Shown: in pieces, positions 1 to 12,737 of the stretch
Numbering within the stretch: the first letter of the stretch is position 1
How the letters are laid out: each line of letters opens with the position of its first letter
NCBI RefSeq assembly: GCF_001194135.2
Contig: NC_068994.1
Coordinates: 12,811,303 to 12,875,302 of the forward strand
Reading direction: 5' to 3'
DNA length: 64,000 bases
DNA from: Octopus bimaculoides
Taxonomy: Eukaryota
The notes under the pieces: model-generated
What the model was told of the DNA's origin: nothing
What the model saw: only the letters and a program-made list of their open reading frames with translations
Database searches by the model: none
Program-made: the position numbers and the translations under genes

Positions 1-182
1 CAACACAACTCTCCCACATCCTAAATCATGCAAGATGCCTCTCAATGTCTCCTGTTTCCAAAGTAATGGCTCAAGAGTCAGTAGATACAGAAGGGATGAG
101 AGTGGACACACTTGACAGACTGAACGTATGATGTTGAATGGTTCCAATTGATGACCAATTAATAATAATAATAATAATAATC

Positions 183-530
183 GTTTATGTAGGACTGAAG
201 TAACTCAACAGAAGTTTTTATAGATATAGAGAGAAGAGTTCTTTACTTGTATACGATTGACACAATCCATCACTAAGATAAACATAGCAGACATAATCCG
301 TCACCAATGCAAACTTAATGACGAAAAGTGCGACTCGAAAGCAACAGTTGTTTATTTGTAGTTGAACTATATTTCGGCATCTTGTGTACCTTCCACAAGT
401 TCAAAATAAACATGTCAGTTTAATTCATTTTTCTAGTTTATGTAGGACTGAAGTAACTCAACAGAAGTTTTTATAGATATAGAGAGGAGAGTTCTTTACT
501 TGGATACGATTAAGTAAAGAACTCTTCTCT
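183..530 (+). mobile_element. Small unit with 76-bp terminal direct repeats, 19-bp inverted tail and hammerhead-like core (Penelope/retrozyme-like)
   Basis: 183-258 and 436-511 match at 74/76. 512-530 is the exact reverse complement of agagaagagttctttactt in copy 1. The unit is flanked on both sides by (TAA)n. Confidence 0.55.
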
Positions 531-637
531 TAATAATAATAATAATAATATTGATAATGATAATAATAATTTTTATTTTTTATTTAAATTTTTCAGATCT
601 ATGTCCTGTTGATTGCTCAACTTTTGTGTTTTGAATT

Positions 638-777
638 ATGGGAGCAGCTGGGAGTAGCTTCAGTGATCTTCCCACCAATGAATACTTGAAACAGTTGTCA
701 GGAAATAAGTCTCTGTCATCAATTGACCCCTTCTGGAACCAGTTGTTATCTTTTTCTTTCCTCTCCCCATCATCCAG
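638..777 (+). CDS. DYM: DYM coding exon 1
   Basis: Acceptor tttcag at 596, ATG at 638, donor AG|gtaagt at 778; 140 nt coding. Confidence 0.95.
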
Positions 778-3271
778 GTAAAGTATAAAACTATATTTGC
801 CTTTGTTGCTGGTGCAAGTGTTATGGCTGTGTGGTTATGGGGTGCCAAACACAGACAAACACATTAACATTATACACAGATACATACACAGATCATATAT
901 ACATTTCTATTCTGTATAAGTCAAACATTTTTTGTAGGTAAACATACATTTTTTGTATTTCATGTATTTAATATACTTTATATATCGACCTGTCTAATTT
1001 GCTTATCTCTATATTTACGTTTATACCCACTCAAGTTTAAATCTTTTGAGCACTACAAACTGTATTCTATATGGAAAACATCTGATTCTCATCCAATCAC
1101 TATTTATATATATATATATATATATATATNNNNNNNNNNNNNNNNNNNNNNNNNNNNNNNNNNNNNNNNNNNNNNNNNNNNNNNNNNNNNNNNNNNNNNN
1201 NNNNNNNNNNNNNNNNNNNNNNNNNNNNNNNNNNNNNNNNNNNNNNNNNNNNNNNNNNNNNNNNNNNNNNNNNNNNNNNNNNNNNNNNNNNNNNNNNNNN
1301 NNNNNNNNNNNNNNNNNNNNNNNNNNNNNNNNNNNNNNNNNNNNNNNNNNNNNNNNNNNNNNNNNNNNNNNNNNNNNNNNNNNNNNNNNNNNNNNNNNNN
1401 NNNNNNNNNNNNNNNNNNNNNNNNNNNNNNNNNNNNNNNNNNNNNNNNNNNNNNNNNNNNNNNNNNNNNNNNNNNNNNNNNNNNNNNNNNNNNNNNNNNN
1501 NNNNNNNNNNNNNNNNNNNNNNNNNNNNNNNNNNNNNNNNNNNNNNNNNNNNNNNNNNNNNNNNNNNNNNNNNNNNNNNNNNNNNNNNNNNNNNNNNNNN
1601 NNNNNNNNNNNNNNNNNNNNNNNNNNNNNNNNNNNNNNNNNNNNNNNNNNNNNNNNNNNNNNNNNNNNNNNNNNNNNNNNNNNNNNNNNNNNNNNNNNNN
1701 NNNNNNNNNNNNNNNNNNNNNNNNNTGCAACTAAGAGATGTCAACCAATTCAACCAAACAAGCAAACCTTTATAATTCAGTATGTTTTTTTTTGTTTTTT
1801 TTTTTACCTTGTCTTGTTCATGTCTTTCTTTGAAGATAGCTTCCTGTATTTATTTTATATTTGTTTTTATTATTTTAGTGCAGATGCCAGGCTCTTGGAG
1901 GAATCTACTTCATCAATATGTAAAAATTTAGCCATCAACAACTTCCAGACTGGCAATTTTGGTGCTTTGGTTCGTAACTTTATTGTCAGGGCTACAGAAC
2001 TGAAAGCTTCTACACAATGTGAAGAGTAAGTAGGAATTGTTTCTTTAATAAATGTTTTGACATCATCCTCATCATCATAACATCCACTTTTCCATGTAAT
2101 GTAATATTTTGCCAAGTAAGTTAATATTTTCTGTGTCAGACATATTTTCACAGAATATTGGAAATGAACGACATTCATTTACAACAACATGCTGTCTAGA
2201 CAATGAGACAATTGTTAAGGCAGCGAGCTGGCAGAAATGTTAGCGATATTTCGTCTGCCGTTACATTCTGAGTTCAAATTCCACTGAGGTCAACTTTGCC
2301 TTTCATCCTTTCGGGGTCGATAAATTAAGTACCAGTTACACACTGGGGTCGATGTAATCGACTTAATCCGTTTGTCTGTCCTTGTTTGTCCCCTCTGTGT
2401 TTAGTCCCTTGTGGGCAATAAAGAAATAACAAACACATGCACTCACTCACCCACCCACACATACAGACATATATGTATATGGAAGCCCGTTTTGTGTGTG
2501 TGTGTACACACACAATATGTAAAAGTAAGATCTAAGGATCAAGATGTAGGAAGTTAGTAAGCTTTGAGCAGTCTGTAGAAGATATAAAAAACAACTTTCA
2601 GGAATGGTAGTGGTTTATTGATGTAGAAGGTTGTAAATTCCTCTGTCACCCTATCCCCTCAAAATTTTACATTAACAGGAAACCTAATAGGCACACCTCC
2701 CACCCCTGCTTTATTGTTTAATCAGAACCATGGCTCTTTACAGGGTCTGCAAGACAGGTTGGAGAGAAACATAGAAAACGGGTTGTTAAATGATGATGAT
2801 GTGACCATAGGTTACAACTCACTCAAGACACAGCATAAAAACCAAATTCTTTGTTTCTCTTTCAGTAATATATTTACTTGGCAAACCTACAATGCTCTGT
2901 TTATCATCAGGAGTTTATGCAAGTATTTTGTTGAAAACCTCAGCGAAGAACTTATAACACAACAGTTTGATTCTGTCAACTCAGCTGAAGCAGGTAAATA
3001 AACATATTTTCCTTTGCCTTATGTATTTTCGTTTAAAATCTCCAAAATCAGTAAAAAATATATAGATGAATTTTCAAACCCTTTTATTACTATGTTTTCT
3101 GTTGAATTACAGTGTCTTCGTTTTAATTAATTTTGAAAACATGCCATGAAAAACAAAAACAAAAAAAGCGCTCAGTGGTTGGCATTAGAAACCAGCCATA
3201 GAATAAACCATTTACAAAGCAGACATTGGAGCTCAGTATAGTCCAGTTGACTGATATCAGCATATGAGCAT

Positions 3272-3355
<84 letters not shown>

Positions 3356-6300
3356 TTACTCTAATAGAAATAGATAGTTCCATTCATTCTAATTGGAATT
3401 TTGGAACATAATTGTTTTAAATTTCAGCACAAGGTCAGTCGTTTTAAAGGAAGTTGATGTAACCAACCCCAGTGTTCAACTGGTACTTATTTTAACACAG
3501 TTCTATATTTAAGAGATGAGGAATTATTTACATTATTTACAATTGACGGATATGGCTGGTATACGTTTTGGTTGATATACCCTCCAGCCTTCATCAGGTG
3601 TCTTGGGGAAATTTTGAACCTGGGTTCTCATTCCTAAGATATTTTTCGATGTTGCTGTTGCTGCTGCTGTTGTTGTTGGTACTTATTTTATCTCCCACCA
3701 AAGGGATGAAAAGTAAAATCAGTCTCGGTGGAATTTGAACCCAGAACATACAGAGCCGGAAGAAATGCCACTAAGCATTTTGTCCAACTCACAAATGATT
3801 CTAGCAACTCATTTTGGCTTTTATATTGTGAATTTTACGACTTAGAAGTTCTTGCAGATTGTTGTATATTTCCAAATATTTGACATCCAATTTCTTATTT
3901 TTCAGAATGTGATTCAGATGACGACACTCCTCTTGCAGAGAAATTAATGAACTCTCTCGTGGAATTGCTTGTCGACGTTCCAGTTGTGTGAGTAACCATT
4001 TTTTTGTTGACTATCATCTTCAGTTTTAATGACTAAGTGGATGGCTGTGTTATACATGATTAATGATTGGAGGTAGTGATCAAGACCTTTGGCATTATGT
4101 CATGCTTGAGAAGAAGACCCATCAAACCAAGCAGAATTGCAGTCGTGGCAGATACCGGTGTCATGCAAATGGCACCTGTGCTGGTAGCACATAAAAGCAC
4201 CCATTACAGTCTTGGAGTGGTTGGCGGTAGGAAGGGCATCCAGCTGTAGAAAACCATACCAAATCAGATTGGAACCTGGTGCAGCTCTCCAGCTTACCAG
4301 TTTCAGTTAAACCATCTAACCCATGCCAATATGGAAAGCAGATGCTAAATGATGATGATGAAAGTGAATAAATAGGCATTACATTTGACAGAATAATCTG
4401 AATGCTAAAGGGTTAAATAAAAGATATAAACATTATTTACATTTGATGGATATTTGTCCTCATCTTGTTTGTTGTTAACACAACGTTTCGGCTGATATAC
4501 CCTCCAGTATTCATCAGGTGTCTTGGGGAAATTTCGAACCTGGGTTCTCAATCCACGCACTAAGCTTTAGTCAGCCTGGAACTGTAGTAGAAGACACTTG
4601 ACTAAGGTGTCACACAGTGGGACTGAACTCAGTACTATGTGGTTGGGAAGCAAACCTTTCAACCACACAGCCATACTTGCACCTGTTGATAAGAAAATTA
4701 ATAAGTAAATACAACATTGCATTGAAGATGTGTAGATTTATTATATTTCTTACAATTAAACAAAATATCATTTAAATACCCTGATCACCATTACAAATAT
4801 GTAACCCTATTTTATTATCTTCCTACAGGAATTTCTCTTATGCTTTGCATTTGGAGGCATTGAACACTCTGATAGTTTTGCTGTCTATCCAAATGTATCA
4901 ACCCCAAGCAGCCTCCAACTTTGCCTATTACAGATATATGATGCAAGGAAAATGGTAAATCTTTTAGTTTTAGTAAAATGAAAAAAAAAATTTAATTTAA
5001 ATTAAAATAAAAAACACTTTTGTTTTTGAAACTTATTTTTATGGGCTTACAATCATGAGGTAGTGAGTTTGATTCCTGGACTAGGCTGTGTGTTGTGTTC
5101 TTGAAAAAGACACTTTATTTTTTGTTGTTCCCGTTCACTCAGCTGTAGAAACGAGTTGCGATGTCACTAGTGCCAAGCTGTATCGGCCTTTGCCTTTCCT
5201 TAGGACAGCGTCACTGGTATGGTGAAGGGAGACTGGTTTGCATGGGTGACTGCTGGTCTTGTGCCTTGGAGACTGACATGCACAGGTGACTTGTGCCTCA
5301 GAGGGGAACTTTCTCGGTGCAATCCCATGGTCATTGATGACTAAAGGGGGTCTTTACCATTTACCTTGGGGAAAAGGCGATCCATATTAATCTGGCCTTT
5401 ATTCCTTGACCTGTCCAGTATGGAAGGCCCAATATGGAGCTTGTGATCTGCATGTGTAACTCTCTGGGTCATTGAGGTACACAAGTCATCACACTGCAAC
5501 AAGAACTGGATGATGTGATGAATTTGATATCAGTAGACTGATAAAAATTTTTAAAAGTTTATGAGAGAACGGTCACTACGACTCATAAGAATTGCAAGAA
5601 TTTCAGCTAAGTAGTGTCTATGCTGGTTGCCAAAGATTTTTCTTTCTTTGTAAAAAGTCATATTGTTAGAGGTGTATGTAAAAAGTATGATGCTCTATGG
5701 CAGGGGTTTTCAAACTTTTTGACTTGCGGACCCCTTTATATTTCAGGCTTTACCTTATAAACACTTATGAAATTTATATATAAATATTTGCTTAAAATAA
5801 CATATATTTTTACATTTATTTATTTAACAGTATTTAACAAATAGGTTTATTGTCAATTAAAAGATTTCGATTAAAAACCATATATAAAATCAAATTGCCC
5901 ATAAAAAGTATTTGCTGTTCATGGACCCCCTGTCTTGTCCTTGCGGACCACAGTTTGAAAACCACTGCTCTATGGAAATGAAACGTGGAATGATCTACAG
6001 TCAATGTTTAAAAAATACTGGTGTGTGACGGAGATATGTATGGCACCTGTGGAATTGTGGTTGTGGTCATTGTTGGTGTTGTGTAAATGGCACCCTAGCA
6101 CCTGTGGTTCCTGGACTGGTCTGTGTGTTATGTTATTGAGTAAGACACTTTATTTCACGTTGCTCATGTTTAATTAAGTGTAGAAATGAGTTATGATGTC
6201 ACTAGTGCCAAGCTGTATCAGCCTTTCCCTTTCTCTTGGATAACATTGGTGGTATGGAGAGTAGGAGGCTGATACGCATGGGCGACTGCTGGTCTTCCAT

Positions 6301-9018
6301 AAACAACCTTACTTGGGCTTGTACCTTGGAGGGGAACTTATTAGGTGCTATCCCATAGGCATTCATGACTGAAAGGGGTCTTTACACTTTGTGTGGGGTA
6401 ACTTTTTACATCAATTATACACCCATCCTGCTACCCCAATCTGTTTTAATTCTCATCAATTACAATCACAGTTTTTATTAACCAACTTTATTTATCCTCA
6501 CAATATCTTCATAATAACCTTCCTTACAGCTTATACTCTAATACTCAACTTATATTCTAATACTCAACATTTTTCTCATAATTAATCCATCTTTTAACCC
6601 TTTTGATACCAACCTGCCTGAGACCAACCCTCAGTTCTATGATTCAAACTTCCTATTTTAAAGTGATCTAAATTAAAAGTTTACATCAAAGTTCCTTGTT
6701 AATTTATATCCCAAACATCAGATGAATAATGACAAAGTTATTTTACGAAGTTCTTCATTGTTTTCAAAATTAACTGAAACAAATGCAGTTTATTCTAACA
6801 GAAATATGGTGACAAAAAAGTTAATCTATCTTTTACCCCCTTTAATTCCAGTCTGTCTGAGACTGAACCTGGGTGTCTGAGATATAAACTCCTTGTTTTT
6901 AAGGTGACCTAAATTAAAACTTTTCATCAAAAGTTGATGTTAATATATGTTCCAAACACCAGCTTCAACTAAGTTTGATTAAATTCTCCTTTATTTTCAA
7001 AATTAATTTAAACAAAGGCAGTGTATTTCTACTGAAAGATGGTAACAAAAGGGTAAATTAACATAGCTGTCAATTCTCAAATTTAACCATTTCTCTTCCA
7101 CCAGATGTCTTATATTTCTCACTAATCAAATATTGGTTGTTTCCAATTTTGGCAAAGGGCCAGCAATTTTGGGAGAGGGACTAAGTCAGTTACATTGACC
7201 CCTGTACTCAACTGGTACTTATTTTATTGACCTCAAAAGATGCAGCGACATTTGAACTTGGAATGTAAAGTTAAAAGAAATCTTAAGCAATTTGTGTGGC
7301 ACCTTGATGATTCTGCCTGCTCACTAATCAAATATTGCTTCTAAACAGTATTGGGTTCTTGAAATATATCAAGAAAATTTCTGTTCATAATGGCAGGTCT
7401 GATTGGATTGGATCGTAGGAGTCTTCATTTACATTATTTATTGTCCATATTAAGGTGGTAGATTATCAGAACTGTTAGAGTATCAGTGAGGGAAAAAAAA
7501 CCCCAAAAACCCAAAAAACTTGTGGTTTTTGTTCCAGCTCTTTACAGTCTCAGTTCAAACCCTGCCAAATTTAACTTCGCTTTTTGTCACTCCAGGGTTG
7601 ATAAAATAAGGTATCAGTCAAGTACTAGGACTGATGGTATCAACTGACTCCCCCTCCCTTTTAAAATTGCTGGCCTTGTTGCTTAAATTAGAAACTATTA
7701 TTTATGGTCTTCTTTGTCTGAGTTGATTGACTTAGTGATGGCCTGGATATTTAATAGACCAGACTACATTGTGTTATAGAAAATATTTGTGGCTATTGTT
7801 AGGAACAGATCTTGTTGTATAGGCCTCTGCTTTCTACTTCACATTGCAGACAATTAGAATATTTACATTGATTATGTAATTATAACCATGTGGTTATGAA
7901 GTTTACAATCATGTGGTTCCAAGTTCACTCCCACTCTGTGGCACTTTGGGCAAGTATTCTACTGTAGTCTTGAGTTGAACAATACCTCATTGACTTAGTT
8001 GACAGAAAGTGTGCAGAAGCCTGTTGTATTAGTAATGGAGATGGATTTTCTGAAAGCATAATTACTAGAGTAAGAACAGGGTAACAACAAGTGTTTCAGT
8101 ATCAGAGTGAAGAGCAAATTGTTTGATGTTTGTGTATGAAGTGCAGTGCTTGCATGGTAGTGGAAACTGGGCCTTGAATGTGAAGGGTTTGTGAAGGCTT
8201 GGAANNNNNNNNNNNNNNNNNNNNNNNNNNNNNNNNNNNNNNNNNNNNNNNNNNNNNGGAAAGAAATAATGCAGGCATACTCTACTCGATGTATAATGTT
8301 AGTGTGCATGAACAACAAAACATAAATGAGCTGAAAGAAAAACTGGATGCTATAGGAATTGGATGAAATGTGCATAGTAGAGGAATATACTGGTATGGGA
8401 ATGTGATATGTATGGAGGATGTGATTATATAAAGAATTGCCAAATGTTCCAAGTGAATGGAGGTTAGAAGAGAGAGGAAATGAATAAAAGCATGGCATGA
8501 AATGAAGAGAATTGATCTGTGAAGAGGCTGAATCTCATGAAAGAGATGACAAAGGGCTGTGACACGTGACAGAATGCTGCGCCAGAGAAAACCTGCTTCA
8601 CCCATGCATGCTTTGAAAAGCATATAAAATGATGATGGGATACTGATGGAGAGTGTGGTGTATAATATATAAACATTTGAATATCTCTTGACCACTGTAG
8701 TCAGATTATGTCCCCATCCATCATTTTTGCCCTCCCCCCTATCTTCATTACTCTAACATCTATCAGTCAACTTCTTTCCTATCATTCTACCTCTGTGTAA
8801 TGAAGGATGGTATTAATATTCTGGATTATCTTTTATCTTTTACTGGTTTCACTCATTAGACTGCAGCCGTGCTGGGGCACTGCCTTCATGAATTGACCCC
8901 AGAACTTCTTTTTTTGTTTATTTTTTAAGCCTGGTACTTATTTGAGCTGTCCCTTTTGCTGAATTGTAAATTATGGGATGTAAACACACCAACACTGATT
9001 GTTAGACAGTGGTGGGAG

Positions 9019-9061
<43 letters not shown>

Positions 9062-12000
9062 NNNNNNNNNNGATGGGCTTCTTTCAGTTTCCATCTACCA
9101 AATCTATTCACAAGGCTTTGGCTGGCCTGAGACTATAATAAAAGACACTTGCCCAAGGAACCACACAATGTGACTGAACCCACAACCATGTGGTTGGGAA
9201 GCAAGCTTCTCATCACACAGCTATGCCTGTGCTTATACTGGATTAGTTCATTATCTCCCATAATCTTCCCCTAATCATCAACGTTCTTTAATACTCCCCT
9301 TTACTCCTCTGACCAACCATTGTGAACACCCTTCACTGCTGCTGTCTTAACATCACCCATCTTCATTATTATATCAGTCCACCTCACAGTTCTCCTCTCT
9401 CTCTCTTGCTCTCTGTAGTTTGACTTCAGATCAGCCCTTATATAGGAGACCTCTGATGAAAGATGTTCCAGTCATGACCACCCCAACTTATTTCCAGATA
9501 TAATGATGTCATATAAACTGTCATATAAAATAAGAAAATTGATCAATTTACATCATAAATAACATATACCGTATTTTAACGTGTATAAGGAACCCTCGTG
9601 TATAAGGACCCCCCCCCCNNNNNNNNNNNNNNNNNNNNNNNNNNNNNNNNNNNNNNNNNNNNNNNNNNNNNNNNNNNNNNNNNNNNNNNNNNNNNNNNNN
9701 NNNNNNNNNNNNNNNNNNNNNNNNNNNNNNNNNNNNNNNNNNNNNNNNNNNNNNNNNNNNNNNNNNNNNNNNNNNNNNNNNNNNNNNNNNNNNNNNNNNN
9801 NNNNNNNNNNNNNNNNNNNNNNNNNNNNNNNNNNNNNNNNNNNNNNNNNNNNNNNNNNNNNNNNNNNNNNNNNNNNNNNNNNNNNNNNNNNNNNNNNNNN
9901 NNNNNNNNNNNNNNNNNNNNNNNNNNNNNNNNNNNNNNNNNNNNNNNNNNNNNNNNNNNNNNNNNNNNNNNNNNNNNNNNNNNNNNNNNNNNNNNNNNNN
10001 NNNNNNNNNNNNNNNNNNNNNNNNNNNNNNNNNNNNNNNNNNNNNNNNNNNNNNNNNNNNNNNNNNNNNNNNNNNNNNNNNNNNNNNNNNNNNNNNNNNN
10101 NNNNNNNNNNNNNNNNNNNNNNNNNNNNNNNNNNNNNNNNNNNNNNNNNNNNNNNNNNNNNNNNNNNNNNNNNNNNNNNNNNNNNNNNNNNNNNNNNNNN
10201 NNNNNNNNNNNNNNNNNNNNNNNNNNNNNNNNNNNNNNNNNNNNNNNNNNNNNNCCCCCCCCCCTAATTTTGGAGGCTTAAAATTTGGAAAAAAAAGTTT
10301 TACAAGGGATTATAATACTATCCATGTATAAGAAACTTCCATGTTTTTTTAACCTAATTTTTGACAGAAAACGGTTCCTTATACATGTTTAAATATGGCA
10401 ATTTGTTGTGTGTATGGAAAAAAAAAAGTGGGGTGCAAGAATCTAGAAAGTTCCCCTTCAAGGCACAAATCCGGCCAAGGTTGTTTACGGAGGACCAGCA
10501 GTCGTCCATGCATGCCAGCATCCCCCCTCAACGCCACCGATGTTATCCAAAGGAAAGACAAAAGCCGATACAGCTCGGCACCAGTGACGTCGCAACTCAT
10601 TTCTAGAGCTGAGTGAACTGGAGCAACGTGGAATAAAGTGTTTTGCTCAAGAATACAACACACAGCCCAGTCTGGGAATTGAACTCACTCCCTCATGACT
10701 GTGAGCCCAACACAAACCACCGAGCCATGTCTCTTTACTTTTGATCAGCTCATGGCTATACAAGAAAGCATTTGCTCAAGGTGTTATACACTAGGACTTA
10801 ATCTGAAACAATGTGGTTGGGAAGCAAACATGTTGCCACAGCCATGCCTGCATCTATATTTGCTCTTTTCTAACTAGGGTTTTTCTGTAAGGAAAGATTT
10901 TTTTCCCTAGTAAATCCCTATTATTTTTCATATAATAATTCCTTGCTTTTATGTTTGAAATCATTCCAACGTAAGCAAAATAAATAGCAATGGTTTTGTG
11001 ATTAAGAAGTTTGCTTTACAACCAAGAGGTTCTAGGATCAATCCCACTGTACTGTTCATTATGAAACCATTAACCTTGAATAGACTAAAACTTAGAGTGA
11101 AATTCAGTAGATAGAAACTGTATAGAAGCCTGTTTTATGTCCTTTGTCCTTCAGCTCTTAAATGGAGTTATAGGAGCTCTACCTTAACAGATTGTATGTT
11201 TTGGGCATTATTTAGATCTGATGGGGCTCATCCTCTTTAGGTCTGACCAGAGCTGATCTCTTCTAAAGAGAGAGAGAGAGAGAGAAATAAAGTGGAAGGA
11301 GAGAGGATAAAAGGAATATCAATGCAGGGGTGGTGCTTTATTCATCGACTCTGAAAGGACAAAAGTCTAAATTGATCTTAGCAAGATTTGAACTCAGAAT
11401 GCTGAGAGCCAGAATAGTTACCACAGAGCAGTCTATATGGTGCTCTTACGACTCTGCCAGTTGCATGTGTATGTGTCTGTGTGTTGGTAATTGTGTGTAA
11501 ATGAGAGAATGCTTATAAATCAGTTGAGCCGAAATACTGGGCAGTATCTAGTAATAATTGCGAGTTACACCCCCTTACACTAAGCTGGACTAAATTATTA
11601 TTCGACTAGGATAAAAGCTGCACTCCATGCGGACTTTTAAGCTAGCCTCTGTGGAGGGCTAATTGGGCTTGTGGCCCAAAACTAAGGAGAGCTAAATAGC
11701 ATGACTATAATACATCTATAATGACTGTATACTCCAGTGGGGTTTGATCAGAGGTTAATTCCATAATGCAATCATTCTATTGTTCCAGTCCCATGTTGAA
11801 TTCCAACTGTTGGCCAATTTGTCCCAAAGTTCTTATCTCGATGTAAAATTAAAGAAGCAAATGTCATTTATCTCCCCCTTGATCTTTGATGTCATCTGAC
11901 AGTCGCCAACCAAGATGGCGTGAACCAGCCAAGCTTTACCTGCTAGAAATAGCAACCCAAATGCTTTTAAATCAGATCCCAATGCTGGATGTTCATGAAC

Positions 12001-12697
12001 CAAATGAAGGGCAGATTTTCAATCCCAGGTTGTTCCGTTGATCAGATCAACTGGAACCCTCGATGTCGTAAGCGACGGAGTGCCAGCATACTTTCACATA
12101 GCAAAGTCTTTCAGTCTTTCACCATGTATATCTGTTCCTTTCTTACTGACATTCTCTCCCACTATATCTCAAATTCCTTGCCAAATATATAGAACTCCAA
12201 TTTCTCTGTTCATTTATTTCTACTTCATTAATCTTTACCTGTTTAAGCCATATTTGTATATATATATATCTGTGTGTGTGTGTGATGTACATATGTATGT
12301 AAATATATGTGTATATTTGCTCTAGCTGGTCTTTGGAATGTTGTGACACTTGGAATGGGTAGTACTGCCAAAAAGAAAGAAGATGAATTTATCACTGAAG
12401 CACTTTTAGCCAACCAAAGTATTCTGTTTGTACTAGTGTTGGCTAATCACTGTACAGGGGAACGCAAGATGATTAATCCCTATCGACAGGCACTCTGCTC
12501 TTTCACCAATTCTCAAGGTAAGTCTACCTTTATTTTCTCTCCATATCTTATCCATCTCTGTGTGTCTCTTTCTCTATCTCTGTCTGTTTTTTTAATCTAT
12601 GTATCTGCTCATCTCTCCTTGCACCCACCTGCTTTTTTATTCAAATTGCCTTTGCCTACCTGTTGACAGTATTTCCCCTTGCCTGTCTGTATAAGTG

Positions 12698-12737
<40 letters not shown>

